A stretch of DNA of 64,000 bases from positions 90,841-154,840 of IMG/VR virus record IMGVR_UViG_3300032268_000759. The stretch is one strand, 5' to 3'. A model generated the notes under the pieces. It was not told where the DNA came from and ran no database searches. It saw only the letters and a program-made list of their open reading frames with translations. The DNA comes from an uncultured virus (IMG/VR IMGVR_UViG_3300032268_000759) (taxonomy: Duplodnaviria > Heunggongvirae > Uroviricota > Caudoviricetes). This document shows, piece by piece, positions 1 to 8,746 of the stretch. Position 1 is the first letter of the stretch. Every line of letters starts with the position of its first letter. The translations under genes were made by a program, and so were the position numbers.

Positions 1-1
1 G

Positions 2-109
2 GTTTTACTTTCTTTAATAAAAGCTTCAACATTCCTTGGAGAAGACGTAGAAGCTATTTATAATATGGTTATTAAATTACAAAACCAATATTTAGAACAA
101 ACCAAATAA
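2..109 (+). CDS. 3' end of a small hypothetical protein (5'-truncated by window)
   Basis: Open frame 2, VLLSLIKASTFLGEDVEAIYNMVIKLQNQYLEQTK*; loosely resembles the next ORF (G-x-D followed by an amphipathic helix). Confidence 0.6.
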   Translation, partial: VLLSLIKASTFLGEDVEAIYNMVIKLQNQYLEQTK

Positions 110-116
110 TTAAGTT

Positions 117-338
117 ATGGACATATTTTCAATAGATTTTAATCTGAATGAATTAAATTTCATTCGTCAATCCCTTGAGACAGTAACAATCCAAGGTAAA
201 GATGCTAAATTTTTAGCTAGTCTTCAAATAAAACTAGAGCATGAATTATCAGAAATTCAGCGTTTAAAACAAGAAGAAGAACAGAAAAAAATGTTAGCAT
301 TATCTGAAACAATATCAAAGGCTACATCTAAGAAATAA
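117..338 (+). CDS. hypothetical coiled-coil phage protein
   Basis: 73-aa ORF preceded by TAAGTT, helical E/Q/K-rich C-terminus. Confidence 0.7.
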   Translation: MDIFSIDFNLNELNFIRQSLETVTIQGKDAKFLASLQIKLEHELSEIQRLKQEEEQKKMLALSETISKATSKK

Positions 339-345
339 TATCTAT

Positions 346-355
346 ATATTTATTG
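346..355 (+). promoter_or_regulatory. putative late promoter (TATTTAT core)
   Basis: ATATTTATTG upstream of fibre gene; variant of the AATATTTATA motif seen before most structural genes. Confidence 0.5.
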
Positions 356-357
356 TA

Positions 358-423
358 GACCATTGGCCCTTATAAGGGAAGTAGGCTCACGCACGGCATA
401 AGTGTATGTATCTAACCATGGTT
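358..423 (+). ncRNA. candidate structured 5' leader RNA (3-way junction)
   Basis: Relatively GC-rich island; ACCA-T-TGG pairs with CCATGGT, CCCT-TATA-AGGG hairpin, TAGG/TCTA and GCAC/GTGT helices. Confidence 0.4.
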
Positions 424-439
424 TAATCATAAAAATAGT

Positions 440-3334
440 ATGCCAAATTGGAAAAAAATTGTCACTAGTGGCTCAGATGCTGCTCTAAACTCATTAAATG
501 TTACTTCAGGTGTAACAGGTTCATTATTTGGAACAGCCTCATTTGCTACAACAGCATCATTTGCCTTAAATGTAGGCGCAACTATAAATACAGGTTCATT
601 TGCAACTACTGGCTCAAACATATTTATAGGTAATCAAACAATATCTGGTTCTCTATCACAGGGATTAAGTACTTTAGCCTCAGGGAGCTTTTCACATGCA
701 GAAGGATTTCTTACTATAGCTTCAGGGAGTTATTCACATGCTGAAGGATCAGGATCAATATCATTTGGAATAGGATCACATGCTGAAGGAGAATTTACTA
801 TGGCATCTGGAAGCTACTCACATGCTGAAGGATATTATACATCAGCTTCAGAAGCTTACTCACATGCTGAAGGATATGGATCAATAGCCTTAGGAGTAGC
901 TTCACATGCTGAAGGAATAGGTACTGCAGCATTAGGAAATGTTTCACACACTGAAGGCAATGAGACAACAGCTTCTGGAGATTATTCACACACTGAAGGT
1001 AGTAATACAACAACATTAGGATATAGTTCACACGCTGAAGGTTATTTTACATTAGCATTAGGATCATACTCCCATGCTGAAGGTTATAATACAGTAACAT
1101 CAGGATCAACTTCCCACGCGGAAGGAAATAGTACACAAGCAATAGGAATTGCTTCACATGCTGAAGGATGGGTGACACAAGCCGTAGGATCAGGATCACA
1201 TGCTGAAGGATACTTTACATCAGCATCAGGACCTCATTCACATGCTGAAGGATCAGGATCAATAGCCTCAGGATTAGCTTCACATGCTGAAGGACTTAAT
1301 ACAGTAGCACAAGGTAATTACCAACATGTTCAAGGCCAATATAATATATCATCATCAGTACAATCAGCTTTTATTGTAGGTAATGGAACTGATGATAGCA
1401 ATAGACGTAATCTTATATATGCTGCAGGTACACAAGTTGAAATAACAGGTTCATTAAATGTAACTCAAGGCATAACAGGTTCACTATTCGGAACAGCATC
1501 ATTTGCAACAACAGCATCCTTTGCCTTAAATGCCGGTACAACTATAAATACAAGTTCATTAGCAACTACAGGCTCAAATTCATTTGTAGGTAACCAAACT
1601 ATAACAGGTTCATTTACTGTCACTACTGGCTCAAATATTGAACTGCAAGTACTAGACACAGGTGTTAGATTAGGTAATATTTCAACAGATGCTCATACTA
1701 TAACAGGTAGTTTAGGAGTAAGTGGTAGTTTAAATATTACTGGATCAGATGCAAATACTTTACAAGTAAGAGGATCAGGCTCAGCTATAGCATCAAGCGC
1801 TATCCAGGCTCGAAATGGAGCAGGTACTACTTTGTTTACTGTTAGAAATGATGGTAAAACTGTAGTTGGTTCTAATTCAGGATCAACAGCATCAGGTGTA
1901 TTAACTATATTTCAAGGAGGATCAAGTTTTGGAAATGGTATTAATTTTCAAACTACAGCAAATGATGCCAATACATTTGGTATAGGAGCATCAAGTACTA
2001 GTACTATTCAAATGGGATTTAATGCTGGTTATTGGAATGTTACTGGGAATCGTTTAGGTAGTTCATTAGTTAGTCTTGACACTAATGGTTATGGTACATT
2101 AGGAACAGGACTATATGGTAGTGGTATTGATATACAAGGTACATACACTAACCCAGGAGGTGCTGGTTTTGGAAATGGTGGAGGACGAGGTGGTAATTCA
2201 TTTGTTGATAGTGCAATAGTAACTGTAAATGCTTCATCAACTAACACATTAGCACAATATGCTACATTATTTGCTAATCGTACTGTAAATATTACTGGTT
2301 CACAATTACCAATTTCTAGTATAGTATTAAATAATACCTATAATCAAACACAAGCTGTATCATCAGGCAGTATAATTGGTATTAACCATATGCCTGTTTT
2401 AACATCAGCCTATAACTATAGAGCATTTGATTTTGGTAATACAACAGTATACACTCCAAATGCAGCTGTAACTAATTATGTTTGGAGTACTATATATTCT
2501 AATGTGAGTGCTTCTGTAAATAATCAACAGATTACAGGTTTAGATATTGTACTTAGTGGTTCAAACTCATCATTTACTGGAGTAAGAAGATCAGCTTTAA
2601 GATTAGCTACCCAAAATACAAATGACACAGCATTAACTGCTGTAGGTACTGTTATAATCACAGGTTCATTAATTGTTACTGGTGGTATAACAGGAAGTTT
2701 ATCTGGTTCATCTGGGGGAGGAGCAGCGTTCCCATTCACAGGCTCAGCTGGTATATCAGGAAGCTTAAGTGTAAATGGACCTATATCAGGTTCATATGTT
2801 AGACTATCTGGTTCATTTAATACAGCAGCATCTGGCTCAATATTAACAGTAATAGGTTCAGGCTCAGCACAACCAATATTTACAGTACAGGGATCTCAAG
2901 GTGAACTATTCTCAGTAACAGATAGTTTAACAGGATCTTTATTTAGTGTAAATGATATATCAGGTTTGCCAATATTAGAAGTATTCTCTGATAATACCAT
3001 ATTAATGGGTGACTATCAGGATCCGATGTTATTAACTACCAAAAAAGTAACACAAACAAACTCAGGATCATTTATAATTTACAGTATACCAACAGCATCA
3101 TATGATGGAGCATTTATAGAATATACAATAAAATCAGGTTCAAATGCAAGAGCAGGAACTATAATGAGTACCTGGGCTGGTTCATCAATTGAATTTACAG
3201 AGGTAGATACAATGGATATAGGTAATACAGCAGTAGTAGGATTAACAATGATACTATCAGGATCAAATGCAGTAATGACAGGTTCATCATCAACTGGATC
3301 TTGGACAATTAGAACAATAATAAGAGCAGTATAG
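440..3334 (+). CDS. long tail fibre / adhesin with YadA-head-like SHAEG repeats
   Basis: 964 aa, S/T/G-rich, 15 tandem 14-aa SH(A/T)EG repeats, upstream of the tail operon. Confidence 0.75.
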   Translation: MPNWKKIVTSGSDAALNSLNVTSGVTGSLFGTASFATTASFALNVGATINTGSFATTGSNIFIGNQTISGSLSQGLSTLASGSFSHAEGFLTIASGSYSHAEGSGSISFGIGSHAEGEFTMASGSYSHAEGYYTSASEAYSHAEGYGSIALGVASHAEGIGTAALGNVSHTEGNETTASGDYSHTEGSNTTTLGYSSHAEGYFTLALGSYSHAEGYNTVTSGSTSHAEGNSTQAIGIASHAEGWVTQAVGSGSHAEGYFTSASGPHSHAEGSGSIASGLASHAEGLNTVAQGNYQHVQGQYNISSSVQSAFIVGNGTDDSNRRNLIYAAGTQVEITGSLNVTQGITGSLFGTASFATTASFALNAGTTINTSSLATTGSNSFVGNQTITGSFTVTTGSNIELQVLDTGVRLGNISTDAHTITGSLGVSGSLNITGSDANTLQVRGSGSAIASSAIQARNGAGTTLFTVRNDGKTVVGSNSGSTASGVLTIFQGGSSFGNGINFQTTANDANTFGIGASSTSTIQMGFNAGYWNVTGNRLGSSLVSLDTNGYGTLGTGLYGSGIDIQGTYTNPGGAGFGNGGGRGGNSFVDSAIVTVNASSTNTLAQYATLFANRTVNITGSQLPISSIVLNNTYNQTQAVSSGSIIGINHMPVLTSAYNYRAFDFGNTTVYTPNAAVTNYVWSTIYSNVSASVNNQQITGLDIVLSGSNSSFTGVRRSALRLATQNTNDTALTAVGTVIITGSLIVTGGITGSLSGSSGGGAAFPFTGSAGISGSLSVNGPISGSYVRLSGSFNTAASGSILTVIGSGSAQPIFTVQGSQGELFSVTDSLTGSLFSVNDISGLPILEVFSDNTILMGDYQDPMLLTTKKVTQTNSGSFIIYSIPTASYDGAFIEYTIKSGSNARAGTIMSTWAGSSIEFTEVDTMDIGNTAVVGLTMILSGSNAVMTGSSSTGSWTIRTIIRAV
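491..1612 (+). repeat. ~162-bp imperfect direct repeat pair (491-652 and 1451-1612) flanking the SHAEG module
   Basis: SLNVTSGVTGSLFGTASFATTASFALNVGATINTGS... versus SLNVTQGITGSLFGTASFATTASFALNAGTTINTSS...; offset 960 bp, in frame. Confidence 0.85.
692..1294 (+). repeat. 42-bp coding tandem repeat (15 copies of a TCACATGCTGAAGG-like core)
   Basis: Cores from 692 to 1280 at an exact 42-bp period; encodes 14-aa beta-roll repeat. Confidence 0.9.
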
Positions 3335-3336
3335 TT

Positions 3337-3996
3337 ATGGCATTTAATTACTCACCAAAAATAGTAACAAATGGATTAGTATTCTATTTAGATGCTGCTA
3401 ACACTAAAAGTTATGTTAGTGGAAGTACTACTTGGATTAATATCTCACAAATAAATAATAATAACGGAACACTAACTAATGGACCTACATTTAACACAGG
3501 AAGTGGAGGCAGCATAGTATTTGATGGAGTTGATGACTCAGTTGTAAGTACTAATAACATTAATATAACAGGCTCAGCAGCTAGAACTATAAATATTTGG
3601 TTTAGAAGTACAGGTACAATATCAACACGTCAGGCATTAGCCTATTTTGGTTCAGAAGCAGCAAGTGGTAGATCATACATAGAAATAGAATCTAGTCAGT
3701 TTAAATTTAATACAGGAGCTGTTGCTCTTGGTGGAGCTGTTGTTGCAAATGTATGGTATAATGGAGCTGTTACTTTTGGTGGAAGTATACTAACAGTATA
3801 TATTAATGGTATACAAGTTAATACATCTACTCCTACTGTAAATACAGGTACTGGTAGTTTAATTTTAGGTAGATTTGTCACAAATGTATTTCCATTAACA
3901 GGAAATATAGCTCAATATTCACTATATGACAGAGCATTATCTGCTCAAGAAATTCTACGAAATTACGAAGCAACTAAAACAAGATTCGGACTATAA
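3337..3996 (+). CDS. LamG / concanavalin-A-like lectin domain virion protein (paralogue 1)
   Basis: GLVFYLDAAN...FDGVDD...YDRALSAQEILRNY..RFGL signature. Confidence 0.8.
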   Translation: MAFNYSPKIVTNGLVFYLDAANTKSYVSGSTTWINISQINNNNGTLTNGPTFNTGSGGSIVFDGVDDSVVSTNNINITGSAARTINIWFRSTGTISTRQALAYFGSEAASGRSYIEIESSQFKFNTGAVALGGAVVANVWYNGAVTFGGSILTVYINGIQVNTSTPTVNTGTGSLILGRFVTNVFPLTGNIAQYSLYDRALSAQEILRNYEATKTRFGL

Positions 3997-4000
3997 AATT

Positions 4001-4660
4001 ATGGCAGGAAATGTAGCACCAAATACAGTAACAGATGGCTTAGTATTCTACTTAGATGCTGCTAATAATAAATCATACATTAGTGGAAGTAGTACTTGGA
4101 CTGACATTAGTGAATTTCAAAGAAATGGAACTTTAACCAATGGACCTACCTTCAATACACAAAGTGGAGGAAATATTGTGTTTGATGGTGTAGATGATTA
4201 TGTTACTTTTTCAACAATAACAAATACTGTTTATACTATTGAATTTTGGTATAAGATGTTTGGTAATGATGGAACTTATGGTTATTTTGCTTCAAGTGGT
4301 AATAATGGATTAGCAATAGGAGAAGGTGGAGCTGGCGTTGGATTTGGACAATTTTATTATTGGAATGGTACAGCTTCTGTTCTTTTAGCAACAATTCCGT
4401 CTACTACAAATTGGAATCATATATGTGCTTTAATTAATACAACCACAAATAATATACAAATATTTGGTAACGGAAATCAACTAAGTACTTCAACTCAAAC
4501 TAGCATGTCAACATCTGTTTCAAATATAGGAAGATTTATTTTTTCAAACTTAAATTTTCTTAGAGGTAATTTAGCTGTATATAGAATATATAATCGTGTG
4601 CTTACAACAACAGAAATAACACAAAACTATAACGCAACAAAAGGAAGATATGGACTATAA
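4001..4660 (+). CDS. LamG / concanavalin-A-like lectin domain virion protein (paralogue 2)
   Basis: Same N- and C-terminal signature; start re-called at ATG 4001 (MAGNVAPN) by alignment with paralogues. Confidence 0.8.
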   Translation: MAGNVAPNTVTDGLVFYLDAANNKSYISGSSTWTDISEFQRNGTLTNGPTFNTQSGGNIVFDGVDDYVTFSTITNTVYTIEFWYKMFGNDGTYGYFASSGNNGLAIGEGGAGVGFGQFYYWNGTASVLLATIPSTTNWNHICALINTTTNNIQIFGNGNQLSTSTQTSMSTSVSNIGRFIFSNLNFLRGNLAVYRIYNRVLTTTEITQNYNATKGRYGL

Positions 4661-4913
4661 TAATAGAAATTTTATGATATTTAGTGTAACAGAGTTACCT
4701 AATATCGATTTTACTCAAGTATGCGAAACATCAATCGATACAGTAAGAAAATCAGTTGATGGAACAAAAACATTTGTTAAATGGGATGGAGAAATTATTC
4801 CATCAAGTGTAGAAAGTCTTACAACAAAAGAAGGATCTTATAACTATGAGGAAATAGTAGTAATATTAGCTACAGAGGAATGGACTGATCCTAATATATT
4901 AGTGGGAATATAG
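4650..4913 (+). CDS. small acidic hypothetical protein, fibre/lectin associated
   Basis: 87-aa ORF overlapping the LamG genes; RKSVDGTKTFVKWDG motif. Confidence 0.7.
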   Translation: MDYNNRNFMIFSVTELPNIDFTQVCETSIDTVRKSVDGTKTFVKWDGEIIPSSVESLTTKEGSYNYEEIVVILATEEWTDPNILVGI

Positions 4914-4914
4914 T

Positions 4915-5622
4915 ATGAGTACTGTAGGAAATTGGAGAGGGCCAGATATAGTTAAAGATGGATTAGTATTCTATTTAGATGCTGGTTCACCAAATTCTTA
5001 TTTTGATAAGAGTAGTGCTATTATTAATGATATTAGTGGAAATGGAACTAATGGAACTTTAACTAACGGACCTACATTTAATACTGGAAATGGAGGTAGT
5101 ATAGTATTTGATGGTACAAATGATACCATAATAATGCCAACAACAGTAGTAAATTCTACATTTCCTGGGCTAACAGTAGAATGTTGGGTATATCCAACAA
5201 ATGCTGGTATTGGAATGATAATGGAAAATGGTACAAGTTATAATACTAACAGTTTTTACATAGCTCAAGAAAATACAACTCAATTTTCGTTTGAAATAGC
5301 AAGTAGCACAGTAGCATATGACAGCGTACTTAGCAGTATTTCATATTCAATAAATACTTGGTACCATTTAGTAGGTACATGGACTCCGGGTTCTAATGTT
5401 AACATGTACATGAATAGTACATTACGGAATGGTACCCGAATAACCACAGGAGTTCAAACTGTATTATTAAATGGAAATACTAATTTATATATCGGAATTA
5501 GACCACCTTCCTCACTACCTTATAAGGGAAATGTAGGTATAACAAGAATATATAATAAAGCACTTTCGGCTACCGAAGTACTACAAAACTATAATGCATC
5601 AAGAGCAAGATTCGGTCTTTAA
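4915..5622 (+). CDS. LamG / concanavalin-A-like lectin domain virion protein (paralogue 3)
   Basis: GLVFYLDAG...TVECWVYP...WYHLVGTW...RIYNKALSATEVLQNYNASRARFGL. Confidence 0.8.
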   Translation: MSTVGNWRGPDIVKDGLVFYLDAGSPNSYFDKSSAIINDISGNGTNGTLTNGPTFNTGNGGSIVFDGTNDTIIMPTTVVNSTFPGLTVECWVYPTNAGIGMIMENGTSYNTNSFYIAQENTTQFSFEIASSTVAYDSVLSSISYSINTWYHLVGTWTPGSNVNMYMNSTLRNGTRITTGVQTVLLNGNTNLYIGIRPPSSLPYKGNVGITRIYNKALSATEVLQNYNASRARFGL

Positions 5623-5624
5623 CT

Positions 5625-5639
5625 AATATTTATAATAAA
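5625..5639 (+). promoter_or_regulatory. putative late promoter AATATTTATAATAAA
   Basis: Same 15-mer at 11067, 12122 and 63913. Confidence 0.65.
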
Positions 5640-5661
5640 CCTGGATAGTGAAAGGAAAATA

Positions 5662-6378
5662 ATGACAAAAATAGGATACATATACAAAATAACCAGTCCT
5701 ACTGGTAAAATTTATATTGGGCAAACAACTCGTCTTAATGATAGAATTTCTAAATATAGAACATGTAGTTATATTGAAGAACAGAGAATACTTTATAATT
5801 CTATAAAAAAACATAGTTGGGATAATCATAATTTCGAAATACTAACAGAAGCACCTCAAGACACATTATCTGAATTAGAAATCAAATATATTAAAGAATA
5901 TAACAGTTTTCATTATGAAAATCCTAATGGAATGAACTTGACTCGAGGTGGAGAAGGAAGTTTAGGCAGAAAAGACACCCCAGAAACTATACAAAAAAGA
6001 ATTAATAGTATAAAAGGATCTAAACGCACAGAAGAGACTAAAAGATTAATGAGTTCTTTAAAAAAAGGAAAACCATCTAACAGTAAAGGAGTTCCATGTT
6101 CTGAACAAAGAAAACAAAAAATAGGACAAGCAAACAAAGGAAGAATTCGTGATAAATCAATTATAGAAAAGACAAACCAAACTAAACTATTGAATCTTGT
6201 CAAAAAGCATGAATGTATACTACAAATAGATAAAACAACTAATGAAGTAATAAAAGAGTGGGTGATGTTACCTAGATTTATAGGCCAATATTTAGGAGTG
6301 TGTGATTCCAACATTATTAAATGTTTAAACAACAAAAAACAACATACTGCTGGATGTATATGGAGGTATAAAAAATGA
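5662..6378 (+). mobile_element. free-standing GIY-YIG homing endonuclease (NUMOD3/NUMOD1-like C-terminus)
   Basis: GYIYKITSPTGKIYIGQT, NLTRGGEG, basic repeats, terminal IWRYK. Confidence 0.85.
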
Positions 6379-7655
6379 ACGAATTCAAAGTAAGAAATGG
6401 TCTCATAGTAGACTCAGGAGTATCTGTTATAAGCGGATCTCTAATTGTATTAGGAGGAATAACTGGAAGTTTATCTGGTTCAGGTGGTGCAGGTAGCCCA
6501 GCATTTCCATTTACAGGCTCAGCAGGTATAACTGGAAGTTTAAATGTAGTTGGTAATACTACAATTACAGGCTCAGCTACAAATGCATTTAGTTTAAAAG
6601 GATCAGGAGCAACATCAGCTACAAATACTATGCGAGTGGTAAATAGTGCTGGAACTCCTGTAATGATTATACGTGATGATTTAACAGTAGGAGCCCAAAG
6701 TATAGTAATGCCAGGCTCTGTTTTAACACAATATCCTATTGTATCTGCTAGTAATTCAGTATTTGCTATGGGAGATACAACCACAGAGGCCTTAGGTTTA
6801 AATTCTGTAGCATTAGGTGGAGGAAGTAAAGCTCGAGCTCCATATAGTATAGCTGTAGGTCTTAATAGTAAAGCATATGGAACTTCTTCAGTTTCAATGG
6901 GTAATAATAATGAAGCATCAGCATCATACTCTACAGCATTTGGAGATAGTAACACAGCAAAAGGTTTATATTCATTTTCAGTAGGTTCAGGCAATAGATC
7001 ATCTGGATCTTACTCAGTTACTATGGGAGGTGCAAATTTTGCTGATGGAGTACGTAGTGTAGGTATTGGTGAAAGTAATGTAACACCAGGTTCACGAGCA
7101 ATGGCTTTTGGATTATCTAATACTGTACTTGGGAGTCAAGATGTTGTTATTGGAGGAAATAATTGGTCAAATGGAGGTTTAACAACACTTTTAGGACAAA
7201 ATCTATCAGGATCAGCATCTGAACAAGTTGTAGTAGGTAGATGGAATAGATCATCAGCTACAGCAATATTTGCAATTGGTAATGGTACCAACTCATCAAT
7301 AAGACGAAGTATTGTTGAAGTTATAGGAAACACATTTAACATAACAGGTTCATTTACTGTTAGCACAGGCTCAGCTGTTGAATTTCAAGTACTACCTACA
7401 GGTACCATATTAGGTAACATTATTACTGATACACATAATGTGACAGGTAGTTTTAGTATAAGTGGTTCTTTAACAACACAAGCTGCTGTAACAATCAATA
7501 ATCAAGGTGCGGGAAACCCAGCTAGTGGTACAACTGGTGGTGGTAGTCCTACAAATTATTATGGTAATGGTGGAACAAACTATTTATCTGATCCAACTGT
7601 ATGGTTAAAAATTAATTTAGATGGTACAGATTATTTTTTCCCAGGATACGCATAA
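6375..7655 (+). CDS. tail fibre / adhesin with YadA-head-like 14-aa repeats
   Basis: A-x-G-x-x-S-V-A-x-G repeats, TGS/SGS-rich, shares modules with ORF 440. Confidence 0.7.
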   Translation: MNEFKVRNGLIVDSGVSVISGSLIVLGGITGSLSGSGGAGSPAFPFTGSAGITGSLNVVGNTTITGSATNAFSLKGSGATSATNTMRVVNSAGTPVMIIRDDLTVGAQSIVMPGSVLTQYPIVSASNSVFAMGDTTTEALGLNSVALGGGSKARAPYSIAVGLNSKAYGTSSVSMGNNNEASASYSTAFGDSNTAKGLYSFSVGSGNRSSGSYSVTMGGANFADGVRSVGIGESNVTPGSRAMAFGLSNTVLGSQDVVIGGNNWSNGGLTTLLGQNLSGSASEQVVVGRWNRSSATAIFAIGNGTNSSIRRSIVEVIGNTFNITGSFTVSTGSAVEFQVLPTGTILGNIITDTHNVTGSFSISGSLTTQAAVTINNQGAGNPASGTTGGGSPTNYYGNGGTNYLSDPTVWLKINLDGTDYFFPGYA

Positions 7656-7780
7656 TGATTAAATCAACACCCGAATTAGAAGCAAAAATAAAAGCTAGTA
7701 GTATTCCTGTTATAGAAATAACTCTAGAACAGCTACAAACAGCTCAAATAACAAAAGAAAAACCAAATATTTATACATAA
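7655..7780 (+). CDS. 41-aa small protein not in the ORF track
   Basis: TAATG stop/start overlap; MIKSTPELEAKIKASSIPVIEITLEQLQTAQITKEKPNIYT* fills the gap almost exactly. Confidence 0.55.
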   Translation: MIKSTPELEAKIKASSIPVIEITLEQLQTAQITKEKPNIYT

Positions 7781-7784
7781 AACA

Positions 7785-8102
7785 ATGGCAATACAAGTAA
7801 CAGGTAGTCTACAAGTAGGTTTAGCATACTACAAAGACCCAATTATTGAATTAATACCTCATTTAACATATAGAGGTAGTATAACAATGGATGCGAACAT
7901 ATGTGCTCCATCTATTAATCCTGAAACATCAAGTAGTTATTACACTCAAGCAAGTACTATACCTTACTATCCTCAAACGTCAGAACTACAGTATCCTGTT
8001 ATACCTGTAGATCCATATAGTGATTTAATTTATGCTTTAGAAATGTATGTTATTGAAGATTTACAAGTGAATAACTCAGGATCTATATTTAATATATTTT
8101 AA
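7785..8102 (+). CDS. hypothetical virion-associated protein
   Basis: 105 aa, AATATTTATA at 7766 upstream, contains TGS and SGS. Confidence 0.65.
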   Translation: MAIQVTGSLQVGLAYYKDPIIELIPHLTYRGSITMDANICAPSINPETSSSYYTQASTIPYYPQTSELQYPVIPVDPYSDLIYALEMYVIEDLQVNNSGSIFNIF

Positions 8103-8138
8103 TTTGGATATTTAAAAAAATAATATTATAATATTAAT

Positions 8139-8399
8139 ATGAAAAAAATACAACCAATACAAATATGGGTAAATGGTTCATTACAAACAGCTACAATGCT
8201 TAATTTAAGTATTTCATTTGATGATCTTCTTACATCATGTACTTTCTTTTATCAATTAGTAGAAGAAAATACTAATGTTAGTATAGGATATGGAAATTTA
8301 ATAATGGAAGGAGAAGATTATTTAAATTGGGATGATTCAAATGATGCAGCTTACACATATGCAATGACCAAACTAAATTTAACTCCTGCTGATATTTAA
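8139..8399 (+). CDS. hypothetical protein (possible fibre assembly factor)
   Basis: 86-aa acidic ORF in the fibre region; function inferred from context only. Confidence 0.6.
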   Translation: MKKIQPIQIWVNGSLQTATMLNLSISFDDLLTSCTFFYQLVEENTNVSIGYGNLIMEGEDYLNWDDSNDAAYTYAMTKLNLTPADI

Positions 8400-8431
8400 T
8401 TTGGAGATTCAAAAAAACAATATTATATTAA
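8400..8431 (+). promoter_or_regulatory. Bacteroidetes-like promoter TTTG-N20-TATATTAA
   Basis: TTTGG at 8400, TATATTAA at 8424. Confidence 0.6.
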
Positions 8432-8435
8432 AGAT

Positions 8436-8687
8436 ATGGAAAAAATACTTTTAACACAAGAAGAAATTGATTTATTAAAATCAATTCAAGAACAAAATAG
8501 TCAATTGATAGCTAATTTTGGTCAATTAGAAATAACTATTCAAAGTTTGGAACTACAAAAAGAACAGTTAATTGAAACATTATCAGCTCTTAAAACTAAA
8601 GAAGCTAGTATAGGTGAAACACTCCAAACTAAATATGGTAATGGCAACATTAATGTTGAAACTGGAGAATTTACTAAAGTAAATTAA
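8436..8687 (+). CDS. small coiled-coil protein
   Basis: 83 aa heptad-rich, ends YGNGNINVETGEF. Confidence 0.7.
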   Translation: MEKILLTQEEIDLLKSIQEQNSQLIANFGQLEITIQSLELQKEQLIETLSALKTKEASIGETLQTKYGNGNINVETGEFTKVN

Positions 8688-8746
8688 TTTTTGAGAAAAG
8701 CTTAGATATTTATTGACAACAATCAATAAAATTAATCTAAGCAAAT

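Noticed and set aside
692-1294. CRISPR-like array (constant ~15-bp core with variable ~27-bp spacers)
   Set aside because: Period is exactly 42 bp, in frame, with synonymous variation in the core; it is a protein repeat and no cas operon is present
3337-7655. Diversity-generating retroelement or invertase shufflon acting on fibre genes
   Set aside because: No reverse transcriptase, adenine-specific TR/VR pair, invertase or inverted cassettes seen in the window
8103-8136. Early-type promoter upstream of ORF 8139
   Set aside because: TTTGG is present but the box at 20-nt spacing reads TATAATAT, a poor match; left uncalled
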